Positions 32,593 through 45,485 of a stretch of DNA of 64,000 nt are shown here, one piece after another (the stretch's first letter is position 1; each line of letters starts with the position of its first letter). Position numbers and translations under genes: made by a program. Source of the stretch: Fimicolochytrium jonesii (Eukaryota); assembly GCF_025526975.1 (NCBI RefSeq), contig NW_026515697.1, positions 248,001 through 312,000 on the forward strand, written 5' to 3'. The notes under the pieces are model-generated. The model had not been told where the DNA came from. It saw only the letters and a program-made list of their open reading frames with translations, and made no database searches.

Positions 32593-34378
32593 TCACTGGC
32601 AATATACTCGACACTTGACCAGGACGCTTTTCTCCGTCCTCAGTCCTGGATAATATGCAAATCTTACTTTCGGATTCTTTTCCCGGCCCTTCCTTTGCAT
32701 ACTTTCTTCATCGAAAGGAATACCGCGAAAATCTTCCCAGTCTTCGTCAATAGTCGAGAATGCATCCCTTCCATCCGGCACCGAGAAAGCATTGATACCG
32801 AGGGCGGCGCACTTGAATCGAAGTTTGATTGCGCGATGAATAAGGCTCAGGTAGAGCTCGGAGGACGGGGACGGGTTGAGATCATTTGTCTCCCAAAATC
32901 GTTGCATCCTAGTAAGCTCCCCAACTCGACATTGAAGTGATACAGAGCCACCCTTGTGACCGGGTCGAGGGAGTTAGACGTGATTGCTTCCACCATTCTC
33001 TGCCATACTTGACGCTCGAGGTGACTATCGGCCGCACATAGCTTTTCATAGTTTGGGTTCTGAGCGGAAGCTTGTCTCATCACCGCGAGGGATTGCGCAT
33101 ATTCGGCGGCCGGTACCCCTCTGATTGGGTGCGTGAAGACCTTGATCAAGCTCGTGGTGAGGCATCCCTCAACAAGATACATGAGATTGTTTTTCTTTGG
33201 TCGACTCTCCTCCGGCACCCCAAAGAATTCAAAGCCAGAGCACATGATGCGTTGAAGAATTTGCGAATCTGCGTCCGTAGCTTTGGCAGGGTTTGGTATC
33301 CATTCCGTAGTGTGCCCGTGGAGGTCTGTGTATATCGCTTCGAATTCATCGGCGATCTCTGTCGGAGTGTATGGCGAATCGATCTCGTAGAAGCCTTCGT
33401 GAGTGCGCGTGCGTTGGCCGAGTGCCCCTTCGGCTTGTGCCAAGGCGCTGCGTGTACGCTTCAGCTCCTGATCTAGGATTTGTCTCTCTTCTTCTTGATT
33501 CTTCAAGACAATCTGGAGGTTTGTATATGAGAGTTCCTTCTCCTTCAGCTGCTGCCGGGAGGATTGAAGCTGCGTTTGAAGGGTACTAAAAGCGTGTTCG
33601 GTATCCGTACGATACTTTTCATGCCGCGACAGTTTCTCTTCAAGGGTACGCTTCTCGCTAGCATGCAGCTGCTTTTCCGTGACGAGGATGCTGTTTTGCT
33701 CTTGCAGATTCTTGATGGTTTCCATTTTTACGGACCTGCCGATATCCATGGACCCGAGGACTTTTCGCATCAGACGTGTCGGTCGGACCTCCGCACATTG
33801 GGAAATCACTTCCTCGTTCCATTTTGCTCTTACTGTCGGCAACTGTTTCCTCACAACTTCCCATTCGGCCATACGTATACGGCAATCCATTTCTGTAAGG
33901 AACGCATACACCTTCAAGTCCTGAGATCGCTTGTCTATGACAGACCGACGCCACTTTTGTAAGATGGCATGCAAGCGTGTGATTTCCATGTCCGAGTCAA
34001 GCATGTTGGGAGTCCATTTGGAGCTCAGATTCAGGATGCGCTTTATGGGCGGAGCAAGACTGCTCTCGACTACCGGGGTGAGGTCTACATCGAGGTAGGA
34101 GTCCGGCAGGATGCGTCTGAGAGGTTGATATTGTTCGATGACATCGTAAAAGAAACCCCAGGCTGGGTATGATTCCCGAAGCCTTTTCAAAGCTGCAGGG
34201 CAAACCGCAAGCTGTTCAATTGTCTGTTTATACATACGCTTTAGTACTCTTTTCGAGCGTAAGATGAATGTGCACCTAGCAGTGCTCTTGCCTTCGGCCA
34301 TTTTTCCCCGTGCATCAACTCGTCTTCCTCAGCGACCTCTTCGTGCGGCGACCAATCGGTACTGGCACTTAATCCCAT
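32593..34378 (-). pseudogene. Coiled-coil protein with GrpE-like/MIEAP-like C-terminal domain, frameshifted near 32910-32970
   Basis: ORF 32847-34301 has a long heptad region (IKNLQEQNSILVTEKQ...LKRTRSALAQAEGAL). It continues in another frame to RGIPFDEESMQRKGREKNPKVRFAYYPGLRTEKSVLVKCRVYCQ*. I found no phase-compatible intron at the join. The start is uncertain (ATG 34378 with a GC-AG intron, or the ORF-track start at 34301). Confidence 0.55.
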
Positions 34379-34720
34379 TTCTGCTCGCTTGACCGGGCTT
34401 GTTGCATGAGGCTCTCTTGAGGTATCGAAGGAGGAGAACGCTCTGCTGGAAATACCTCAGATACATGTTCCATTTCTTTGCACAGTCCTGTTTCAAAATG
34501 GCAGAGAGGGTCCCGTTCCTTCAAAGCGACTCGGCACACTTGAAAAGTGACCAGCATTTGACCCTTTGGTCGCTGAAACTGTGGAGAAGCAAATCTAGAG
34601 GCCGGTGCCAGTATTTTGGCGCAGGCTATAAAGAACCAGGTTTCTGAGCACGCTCGACTTTTCTTACCTTCACGCCCAACTTTTCAGACGTCGATAGCGT
34701 TGTATTCTCAGCAAATTATT

Positions 34721-37394
34721 ATGCCCAACCCCAATCACTCAGCGCTGCTCATAGCCTCTGGCCACCGGATTGTCGTAGGAATCGACTTTGGGGTCAGTCA
34801 CAGCGGGTTTGCGTTTGCACATATCTCTGATGAACACAAAATCGATGGGTAAGACGCTTTCCTGCGCATTTGTTGGGAAGATCTCTAAACTCGGTTATTT
34901 CAATGATTTTACGAGTGGCCCGATCAGCTCTCGGTAAGTGCCCGGTCGGTTGGGTGAGGTGTCAAACGCTTGCTAATCCTCTTTCTGGGCAGCCCTACTG
35001 CAAAAACCTTACCGCCCTGTGGTACGATACCGGAAACCAGAAGACGGAAAGCTGGGGGTGAGTCCAATTTGGCTACACGGCTACACAGATACTGTTATAT
35101 CGAGTGTAGCCAGGCTAATATGTTTGTGAACAGATATACCGCCTTGAAAGATGCCTTCAACGACGATGCAGCAGGAACCGGCAAAATGTTACTCACGAAG
35201 ATCAAATTCCTCGTTGAGCCCAGCACAAACCACAACGCGGATGCGAACTTGCCCAATACCATTGATGCCCTCGAGCTTGTTGCAGAATACCTCCATCAGC
35301 TTTTCGAGTACTTGATGGAAAGGCTCCGGAACACATTTGGCACCACTTTGCAACCTGAGGACTTGCAGTATTGCCTCACAGTTCCAGGTATGGTTCACAA
35401 GCATCGCAATCATGACGCGGCTCAACAACTGCTCGATGCTCAACAACTTCAACACAGCCATATGGAGCGAGCACGCCAAGCATACCATGCGGCGCGCCGC
35501 TGCCCGTGCGGGGTAAGGGGGCGTACGTTACACGCCGACGAACCATCTTCTCTAATGGCTCATTCCGTTCTCTAGTTTGATTTCGCCCGGTGAGGTCAAC
35601 ATGCCCCGATTGAGCGTGGTCTTGGAGCCCGAAGCAGCGGCAATCTACTGTTTCAAGAAAGTCAAGGAAGCTCCCATGCGGCCCGGAGAAACCGCTATAG
35701 TCGTTGATGCAGGTATGGTCGGATCCTGTCAGTTGCTGTCAGTTGGAATGACAGGATACGCGCTGTCGAATTAATGCACGACAAACCGCTCAACGTGGTT
35801 CCTGTATTACTTCAATGTTCAGGTGGAGGAACGGTCGATATCGTCGCATACAGATTCCAATGTAAGTGATCCACGCTCCATTCTTCGCAAAGTTGCTGGA
35901 AATGTAGCGGTAAATCTAATCGTCTCATTCCTGTAGCTGGGATTGATGCCTCCCAGAAGATGGTTGAAGTTGCTCCGGGAACTGGCGGTCTCTGTGGGTC
36001 CACCTTCATTGACGAGGTCTTTTTGGACTGGTTGGGAAGCAAAGTGGGCAAGATGGCCCTTGCGGATCTCAAGCGCGAGAAAGGAGTTGACTACTTGCAA
36101 GGTACGCTTTTGTATCAACTCGCAGATTCAGAATTCCAGTCTCAATAGCTAAGCGGGTCTCCACCAGTGCTGACAACTTGGGAGAGAATCAAACGACAGT
36201 TCGAAGGGCCTGAGACGTTTCAGCGCCATGACAAGATCACTTTTGCTTTGCCTGCCGGCCTGTTCAATCTGATGAACGACGATCAAATGGAAGCCCTCGA
36301 AATGCAACAAGATAAACGGCCACCAGCGGTTGTAGCATAAATACTATGTCTGAGCATCATCTCCGTCGTTTCTCAAGACGGAGTCAGCGACAACGTCTAT
36401 ATTACTCTGGCGGACATGCAATCCTTCTTCGATCCAATCGTTGAGCAAGTGTTGCAGTTGATTGAGAAGCAACTTGACAAGTGTCCCAACAAAAGATCGG
36501 ACAAACTCTTCGGGGTTGGAGGCTTCATGGTCGGTATACCCATCGGCTTGCAATCCTGGTAAAGAAATCATTGCAATGGGGTCTGACAGCGTGCTTTCTT
36601 TTAGGCTTCCCCCTATCTTCAGAAAAAAATCAAAGAACGGATTTCCGACAAGTGCGGAATCATCATTTTTCCCAGGGACCCTGGCGCCGCTGTCGGTAAG
36701 ACAACCGAACAAGTGATGACTCTCGTTGTAAAAGACTCACACATACCTTTCCAACTTTTAGTGCAAGGCGCAGCTTGTAAGTTAAGCGGACCAAACACTT
36801 ATGAGATGATTTGCACTCAACCATTTTCTTTGCAGTGCACGGTTTGAACCCGCATGCAATCCAAGCTCGCTTCTCGCGATTCACGTATGCCTTCAAGCAT
36901 AACCTTGAGAAGCACCAATTCCTAACAAAATATCCAAGGGGTCCGGAACCAACAAGTGCCGACGTATTCCTCCATGAGGAGAAAGGGGTTCCCTATCTTC
37001 ACGTGTATCATCCTAAGATGACGGCCAACCAGCTGGTGGAAGTTCAGGACTTTTACAGCACCAAGGTGCGGTGATCAAACAACGTGTTGGCATTCAACGA
37101 TCCTCACCAGAACTAAATACCGCAATATAGGTTTACCCACTGTACAGCTGGCAGACATCCCTGACGCTCCAACTCGTCGCAACTGCAGAGGAATACAAAC
37201 AGGAGATGCCAGTCTCTTGCGTAAACGGACATTTTGATGTCGGGTCTTTGATCGTGGACGGCATCCCTCTCTCAGGCCCAGACCGTTCCGTTAAGTTGAC
37301 CTTCTATTTCGGTCTCACCGAGCTCACCGCTATCGCTCGTGTCAATGCCACCAATGACGAAAAACGAATCTCAGTCAATTTTTCTACTCGCTGA
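34721..37394 (+). CDS. Atypical HSPA12-like Hsp70, many short exons, probably pseudogenising
   Basis: IVVGIDFGVSHSGFAF, WPDQLS|PYCK, YCLTVP|AIW, VLEPEAAAIYC, VVDAG|GGTVDI, GGLCGSTFID, FFDPIVEQVLQLI, VGGFM|ASPYL, AVVQGAA, LTFYFGLTEL. Two splice sites look broken: acceptor TG at 34904-34905 and donor AT at 36312-36313. Confidence 0.87.
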
Positions 37395-37829
37395 TGGTCC
37401 ACTCTTCAGTCAAGAGGGGCCCATGTTCGCCGTCGCCGCGATCGCAAATATTACCGTGCAATGATTTCGATTTTTGAGGAAGCGCAATACTGTTACTTGA
37501 CGAAACCTCAGCAGGCTCAGATCCAGCAGTCATCAAATGGGGAGGTTTTTCCTTTTCTTTGCTACCACCGTGAAGTAGTTATAAGCGCATGAGGAAGATT
37601 TCTATGTTTTAGTATAAGCGTAATATGTACATCAGCCCTTTTATTGAATTTATGGTTGAACCAAGAAGCTTAGCGGTGTACCCCTTCGTCAAAAGAGGTG
37701 CATCTCAACTCACTGTTGAATGCAGAGGGTGTATACAAACATCCTTATCAGTGCGACGTTGTGCCCATGGCACCTATCTATATGTCTATCAAGCTTTGGA
37801 GACGGGCAGCACGCCTGCTAAGGTGAAGT

Positions 37830-38470
37830 CTAGTTGCAAAGAGCCATTGAGTTTCCCTGGCCATCCTGAAAGTGACGGAGAAAGTTTAGTTTCTGTCGAC
37901 AGACAACTGATATTTATGAGAGTTCAACTACTTACGTGGTAGACAACAGCGCAGAACTGGTTTCCTGAAACAGTAGGGTAATAAATCACGCGGTACTTTC
38001 CAGGGCTTCCGCCGTCGTAAACGCTGCCGGGGATGATCGGGTATTCGTATGTGTTGCCTTGATCGGCCTGCGAAGCGCATTCGTTCGACAAGAAGCCTTC
38101 ACGGTTGTCAAACTGGTGAGGGTATGGCTCATAGCGACGAGTCAGTGTTGCGGTAGGCGCGGCTTTCTTTTCGGCTGCCGGTGCTTGGGCGACCTTGGCA
38201 GGTGTGGCAACCAGACCAACAGGATTGTTTTGTGCGTTTGCAGCGGCATTGAGTGCGGAGTTGATGTCGTCAGCTACGAAAGATGGATTGTCAGGTTCAG
38301 TTATGGTTTGCAGGAACGCCGGCAGGCTATTTACCAGTGATGTCGACATTTCCACAGTATTCATCGGATTGCCTGCGTGTGAGACCGTTTGAAGCCGGTG
38401 TGGGCGCGGCCAATACAAAGCTGACCAAAGACCAAGCGGTAGCGAGGAGAAGGGAGGTTTCGACACGCAT
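37830..38470 (-). CDS. Secreted guanyl-specific ribonuclease (RNase T1/N1/U2 family)
   Basis: Signal peptide MRVETSLLLATAWSLVSFVLA and propeptide ..LTRR, then YCG..DINSAL..YPHQFDNREGF..YEYPI..YDGGSPGKYRVIY..VVYH|DGQGNSMALCN*. The catalytic Y/H, E, R and H residues are all present. Confidence 0.88.
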
Positions 38471-41008
38471 TGTGGAGGTGGGGAAGAGTGAAGATGAAAG
38501 ATGATGTGTGTGAGGGTTGGGTGTTTGGTGTTGGGAGGGATGTGACGGGAATCTTTCTGCTTTATATGTCCCGACTACGAAGGCGTTAAGATCCTGGACG
38601 AGTGCGCCGGTTCCTTTCGGATGTAGATACAGAGCAGGAACGTGGGGGAGAAGTCGATCGGTGAGTTTGATCCACTTCACCCTCACACTCGAAGTCCGCG
38701 CGGCAACATTGCCTACGGATGGGATCAGAGCGGACCATCCCGTGACAGGATGGGTATCCCCACGTTTTGTTCCATTTTGTGAGCTTTGCCAGCAGGAAGA
38801 ACTCGCGGTGAGAGTTACAGTACAGTTACTACATATATTGCGGTTGGCATTTTACGGTATTAGATGCGAACGTGCATAGAAGCACGTGGTAAGATCTCTT
38901 GCATCCCGCCGCGAGAGCAAAGGTGTCTCGAGCAAATCGGACTTGCGAGACGACGTACATATTCTGAAGGGGACGGTGGTTCATTCCTGACGTTTTCTGT
39001 CACACCATTTGTTTCTTCCGCCTTGCAAGTGACACCCTTTGTAACGCCGCTGATCTGGGACATCTTTGGATTCTACATTGATCGGTAGACTTTTGTTGAC
39101 ATCATCACTAGGTCTGGAATCCGATGATCCGGAAAAGACCACCTGCAAAAAAAGCACTGAGGAGGGAGGCCCAAAAGTACACAGCGGTCAGGGCTCTTAC
39201 TAAATGCTGATCCTGACCCGACCAAAAACGTTCGGACGACGCTGGGTCGAGGGTCGAGCGCGTACAAACGACAAGCCACCGCTGCGCCGCAGTTATGGAA
39301 CAATCGGTGTTTCGAATTGTCGAATTCGGCAAAAAGCAACATTCGATTATCGAATCTTTCAGAGCTCCAACTTCCTAGAACCCAAGTTCTCAAGGCGAAC
39401 TGCCAGTGTTGAACATGCAGCCGAAGCTGGAGGACTGCGTTCTGACTGCCATGACCTACTCTGTAGGATGGCCAGTCACTTGAAAAACCTCAATTAACAT
39501 ACGATGTGTACTTTGAGGAAGGAATGTGCTGGAGAAGGGTGACCGATTCCTTCTGCTGACCCTTTCTCACCTATTATGACTGGGTAAGGAAAATCATCCC
39601 AGCATGAGAACCGTCTTGTTTCCATGCGAGTAAGGAGTAGGAACTATGCAAGGAACTTTCAGAGCACCATTCGCATTATCATGTCATCTCGGGATCGTCT
39701 TTTCCGTCCATACTTCGTAAAGAAACACTGTGCCCATGAGACGGGGTGTCACCGGTGCGTAGCGGATAGCAAGTGAAGCACAGTTTGTCTATTGTCTCAC
39801 TAACTTACGTGGAGATAGAGGGCCATTGTTTTCTTGGGGAACAATGTCACACCTGGCCCATTTCGGTAGTCCCCTGGACTCCAAGTCTCTGTGCCGTGCG
39901 CGGCTTCTCGCTGTCCGGCCCGGGGTCGTTAAGTATGGGGGAGAGCATCCAAGGACGAGCCTCCAACCTGGACGATGGAAACCTGTAATGCGGGGGATCC
40001 CTTTTCCGCTGCCAAAAACATGGTCAACAAACATTGGCGTTGCTTCGCGACACAACGCATCCTTGCCCAATCTCAGAGATAGTGTTGACGTCAACAGCAG
40101 CTGTGAGCTCCCAGCGCCTTGGTATACGATTCGAAAAGGGCAAAGCAGCCCCCCAGGCATCAATGCAGTAGAGCGGTTACCGGTTCCTCCCTGACATGCT
40201 GTGTTTGCTGGACCAAGGAAGTGTCCAATGCCTCATCCATAAATGTAGAACTCGGTCCAGACATTTATTTTGAATGTCCTCTCGTTGAGTATATTCCCCA
40301 TCATGGAGCTTCGATCGCTTGTGTAAACCTTCATAAGTGCTGGATGACCGTGTGGGAGCGAATGCTTTGCCTCGATCAGTCAAGCAGGATTTTGTCGTGG
40401 TTGTTGTTGCACTCAGCCGCGCCCTGCTCAAGATGAATGCTTTTGGACATCGCCACTATGTTGGATCCCTGCTTCTTCGAAGTCCAAAGGACCCAGGGAG
40501 CCGGGTTTGGGTAAGTGTTCAATATCGCTCCGACGATCTTTCGATGACTTTGCAGTACGAAGCCAATATGTGGTAGAGAAGTGAATCCGACGGAGCCTTT
40601 GTAAGTTTTTTCTATCACCGGCCCAATCTCGATTTTCCTCCTTCCTGGGTGCAGTGGCCGGCCCAATGGACTGTGTCCCGAAGGACATCGATTCCCAGAT
40701 CTTCCAATCAATAATGAATAGTGCATGAGCAATCTGCCAAACATGCCGTCCGGAAGTGGGGCTCGCCTCAAGTCAATCGTTTCGACGTAGCTTCGATGCC
40801 TGTCGTAGCCTCGTAGGAATTCCCCCGGTGAGAAACGCGTCCTCGCAAATGCAGCCAATCAGAGCGCGTTTGTCCACAACCAACTCATCATTGACACCGG
40901 TGCTGCGGGTCCATCACGGCAAAGGCGGCTGCGGACAACGAAAGCTTCGTCTCTACGGCACATATCCCGAAATCGTCTTTTGGGTTGCAACACACACCGG
41001 GCGCCACA

Positions 41009-41964
41009 ATGGTATGTCTCGACAGAACGTCTCAGCACTCGCCAATCGATTGATGGATAGGGGCAGCACGATGCACGATTTTGGGCGTGGGAAGCAGATG
41101 GATGGATGGATGGATGGATGGATGGATGGATGAAAGTGGAGGCGTGGGAATGATTGACAAATTGCCGGAATGAGGACGAACAATTGATCCTCGATCACAC
41201 GTTCGACACTGGGGAGTTGGTATGCTGCTTTGACGGGTGGGGTTGCTCCGGTGAAACGAAACCTCTGAAGGAATGGGAGAGGAATCGAGAGCTCCGGTGT
41301 AGTGGCAGTGGACAGACAACCCACGTGAGGATGCATGTTCGACGACTGGGAATGGTACTCATTTCGCCGGTACTCTGTAGGTCAACATTCCCAAGACCCG
41401 TAACACCTACTGCAAGGGTAAGGAGTGCAAAAAGCACACCCCCCACAAGGTGACGCAGTACAAGACCGGTAAAGCTTCCCTGTTCGCGCAAGGTACGTGA
41501 TGTCGACTCGGTTCTGGTTCAGCTGGTGCTTCTGTTCGATGGCTTTGTTGTGGAGAGTTTTGGAAAGCATTGGAGCGGACTGGAAGGGAAATGGAGGGAC
41601 TTCTGAAGACTTTGAACAGCTGGGAACTTTGAACCTGGGGACCCGCGAAGCTCACGCATTCATCCCCTGCCTACAGGAAAGCGTCGTTACGACCGGAAGC
41701 AGTCCGGTTTCGGTGGTCAGACCAAGCCCGTCTTCCACAAGAAGGCCAAGACTACCAAGAAGATTGTCCTTCGTCTTGAGTGCACCGCTTGCAAGTACAA
41801 GCACCAGATTGCCCTCAAGCGATGCAAGCACTTCGAGCTTGGTACGTGGATGGAGCTTGTCGACTATACGAGTTTTGCCATCGGTCATCTCAAATCACGC
41901 TGCTCACTCCCTTTTCGTTTCAGGTGGTGACAAGAAGACCAAGGGTGCTGCCCTTCAATTCTAA
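41009..41964 (+). CDS. RPL42: 60S ribosomal protein eL42 (L42/L44/L36a), 4 exons
   Basis: ATG|intron 41012-41380|[94 protein letters not shown]. Confidence 0.96.
41097..41132. repeat. (GATG)9 microsatellite in RPL42 intron 1
   Basis: Direct read of the tandem GATG units. Confidence 0.95.
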
Positions 41965-43296
41965 GCGCATTGCTGGATGTCCCCTCTGGATCCCATCTGG
42001 AAGGCTGGTCTTCGATGTTCGCTCGTTTGGGTTGTCTGTTCGAGATCAGATTGCCCTTTCGGTCACTTTGTTAATATAAAATCTCGACCAATACGAAATT
42101 TTGTGCTCGTACGTCTGTTTCTGGGAAGAGATTTTGCAGATTGCGGAGGAGTCTTGGGCGCAGATGGAGCCGTCGGCATGGAAAACACGCTCGCTGGGTG
42201 GAAGCATCAGTCGGTCGGCTAGGAGTAGGCTGGTCTGCCTGGCCTGGAAGATTTGCAGGGTGAACACCGTGGAAGTCGGTACGGGTGTCGGTCTATGTCA
42301 GCACTCAACGGTTCTTTTCTTTTCGTGGCAGTTGCGTCGAAGATTTGCGGGTACTGGGAGGCGGACGGAGGGAGGCATGGTGAGGGATGGGAATGCCAAA
42401 ATTGGAGCGAGTCCGCATGAGCTTTCACCAATTACAACGGAACTGCTTTACAGTTGTCCTTCCACGAGTCCCAAAGCTTACAACTAAGCTCTTCGGCAAG
42501 GCTGCGGCTCAACAAAAAACATCGGCCGAGAGGGTCGGGTGTGGAAACTTCCTGCATACACCGGCCGTCTAAATATCCACCCGTCAGTCTCCGCACATCA
42601 ATGAAGTTCGATACCACTGCGGTCTATGGGCGTACAACCCAGACCGAAGTCTCCGTAAAATCCTTTCGGACTCGGTCCATTTAGCAAATGTCCCCTTCCA
42701 AGCCAAACATCCCCAAAATGAGAAACTTCGGAACAGCTGTCGTAGATCCGTGCTTACCCCCAACTCGCCCTCGGGACATGCTGCTCTCGGGACGGCCTCA
42801 TCACCGCTAGGATTTCTGGAGTCGTTGTGTATCTCAAATGCTGGCTACACGTACAGGTATAATACCGGTGACCGCAACGGTCTCGCATGCTGGATCGCTT
42901 TTCCTGCACGCATCATATCCTACCTTTCGTTACTTTACCTCTCTGTAATCGGGACATCGTCGGATGCACTCATTTCGTCGAACGACGAACATCTTATCTT
43001 CCCGTGGCGTGCGTGCTCTCCAGTACTCACTACATGATAGCATAGCCGTCTACACAGTTCGAGGGGAACAGACCTGAATGCAATTCCCTGGTATGCAGTT
43101 CCGTTCATCACGGCCAACGCGTTGTCTCACAGTGTTTGCTTGACAGGCTTGACAAGTGGTGTTCAGCTACTGACAGAGCTCGTCGCAAAGGTCGACCTGA
43201 TCGAGGGAAGGCATAACAGGTGAGAGCGAAGAGTTGAGGATTTCTGAACCCGCCAATACCACATCCGACGAGTCGGACGTCGAATGTTCCAGTCAA

Positions 43297-44273
43297 CAGC
43301 TCCAATCACCATTGCGTAAGGACATACAGACGTCTAATCACAACAGAACGTTGAGACCGTGCTGACCGAAGCACCCGCAACGTTTTTTCGCCACATCACA
43401 GCCTGGAAGTGGCCCGTAGACGCTCATGGAGTGTTCCTTGTTCCTAGATCCTTGAAGTTGACAGCTTCAAAGGACATTGCGTGAGGACATACAGTACGTC
43501 CAATCCCAACAGAGCGTTGGAACCGTGCATACAGAAGCACTCGCAACTTTTCCATTCTGTCAAGCAAAGAAACCAGTTCCAGGGTTACTAATGCGTGAGG
43601 AAGATCGTTCTCGACCGGGCCAAGGCCGATCGCATTCTGGGCTCCCATGACAAGGTCGCCGGTGTCCCGTCGCCCAGATACTCGGACCTCCAGATCATCA
43701 GCATAATCAAGAATGCTGCGTCGCTTGCCGTTCTGATGGGCGATGAGAACAAGGCAATCGGGGAAGTGAAGCAGGAATGGAAGGAAAGCATGTGCCGGGA
43801 TGTGACCGGTAAGGAACTTGTCCCGATGATTTGTCGATCCGGGGGCTGTGACTGATGCGCCATTTTTAGGTTCGAAGGAGAATGTTCTTGACGAAATCGA
43901 GAAGGCCGAAGGCGCAGGTCAAGGTCGGGAAGCGCAGGTCAAGCTGGATGAAGCACGTGCAGCCGCTGCCGTAGCCCGCCAGAAGGCAGCGGCAGCCGTG
44001 CGAGCGGAGGGAGCGAAGGCGATGGAAGCTGTGCGGTTGACCGAGGCGCCGACGGCAGCTATCAAATTTGAGAAGGCTGCTGAAAGCGAACTACGCAACA
44101 ACGAAAACCGTGGGCCGCGTCGCGAAGATCATCACCGCCAGAGCGGCCTAAAGCACAAGCGCCGAAGCGAAGACGGTCATCGCCGGGACCGCAGCCACGA
44201 TGATCACAGCCGGGACGGCAGCCGGCACCGCAACCGGAATCGCAGCGGACGAAAGCAGCGCAGGGTGCACTGA
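43297..44273 (+). pseudogene. Decayed gene of unknown family with internal duplication and Ala-rich coiled-coil/Arg-His tail
   Basis: Frame EVDSFKGHCVRTYSTSNPNRALEPC..FQGY*CVRKIVLDRAKAD.. contains a stop and is followed by the helical/RH-rich ORF 43848-44273. Confidence 0.35.
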
Positions 44274-45113
44274 CCCACCACGAGGACACGACGCCCTTCT
44301 CTCACACCCACGCGAACGAATTGCACGTGTCTTCACTCGCTTGCATGCGCACGGATGTGATAAGCCGGCTTTTTGTTCCTCATACGTCAGTAGCATCCCC
44401 ATGGGGAATCGTCTCTTAGTTTCGTCAGTAGGGCCCCCCATGGTGAAGACATCCCTCGATCAATCTCGTCAGTTGCCCACGCCACCTTGGTGAAGCGCCC
44501 CCACGGTGTTACCGCCTGCTTGCTCATTGTCCTGTGACTTCGGCATCGGGGAACAGCGGCGTTGTCTGGAACCTATTGGATTATTCAGCGATGCGGATTT
44601 TGCGGCCAACTGGAAGCCATTTTCGATGATGAGGAGGTGACGGAAACTCACCAAGATTTGCAAAGAGTCTTTGGCGTAACTTGAAGGGGACCCGGACATA
44701 TTTTTTGCTGTGGGACTTCTGGACCGACGTTGCAGGATAGACATTGATATTTACTTTTGTAATCATTCAATTTCAATAGTTTAGTTGAGATTTGATCAGA
44801 ATGAAGGACAGTTCGTTCCCGCACTTCTTCAGACGGAACAGAGACCTTGCGGCTCTGACCTGCAAGTCTCGTGCGCCTGGCTTTCTCATGGATGGCGACA
44901 CAGTTCTGTTCCCATTGTGAGACGGCGGCAGACGAAAACCTGTCAATCGGACAAGTGTCAAGTTCCCTGAACCGGAGCTTTACGAGAAATATCATACGAA
45001 GATACGGGAACATGAGGGTCTCTCTCCTTGCATTTGCCCTCTAGCAAATTCCCCTTTCTCCTAAGCGTTGCACATGTGATGGATTTTGAGTGATGGGAGG
45101 AGCAGAATGGCAC

Positions 45114-45186
45114 TTAGGGTTAGGGTTAGGGTTAGGGTTAGGGTTAGGGTTAAGGATGAGCAACAGGGGTTAGGGTTAGGGTTAGG
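45114..45186 (+). repeat. Interstitial telomeric repeat (TTAGGG)n
   Basis: Six perfect TTAGGG (45114-45149), one TTAAGG, a 14-nt spacer, then TTAGGG x2 plus TTAGG. Confidence 0.95.
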
Positions 45187-45485
45187 CACGATGTTTCTGA
45201 TTGGCAGTCGCAATTCAAGGCAGTGATAGCCCCGATGTGGTTCCCAATGTTATGGTATTCGAATGGTAGCCTGTAGGCCAGACATGCCAGTAAGCGCGAT
45301 CGACGCGCCCAGAGGAAAAGATCTATAGGAGAATCTAGATATATGCGGGATCTGGTCTACCCTATCATGAGGTATGAAGGAAAAAAGTATATACGGTGAT
45401 GACAATAGATGAGATAACTTCGAGGAGAAATGTATGCGCAGGATGGAATGTTTCGGTTGTACGCCGCTGGAATGACTAAATGCCT

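Noticed and set aside
39480..40860. Possible decayed F-box/LRR gene on the minus strand
   Set aside because: Too many stops and no motif I can support.
41012..41380. Box C/D snoRNA in RPL42 intron 1 (ATGAGGA..CTGA)
   Set aside because: Box C is non-canonical, there is no terminal stem, and I could not match an rRNA guide; an Rfam/snoscan search would settle it.
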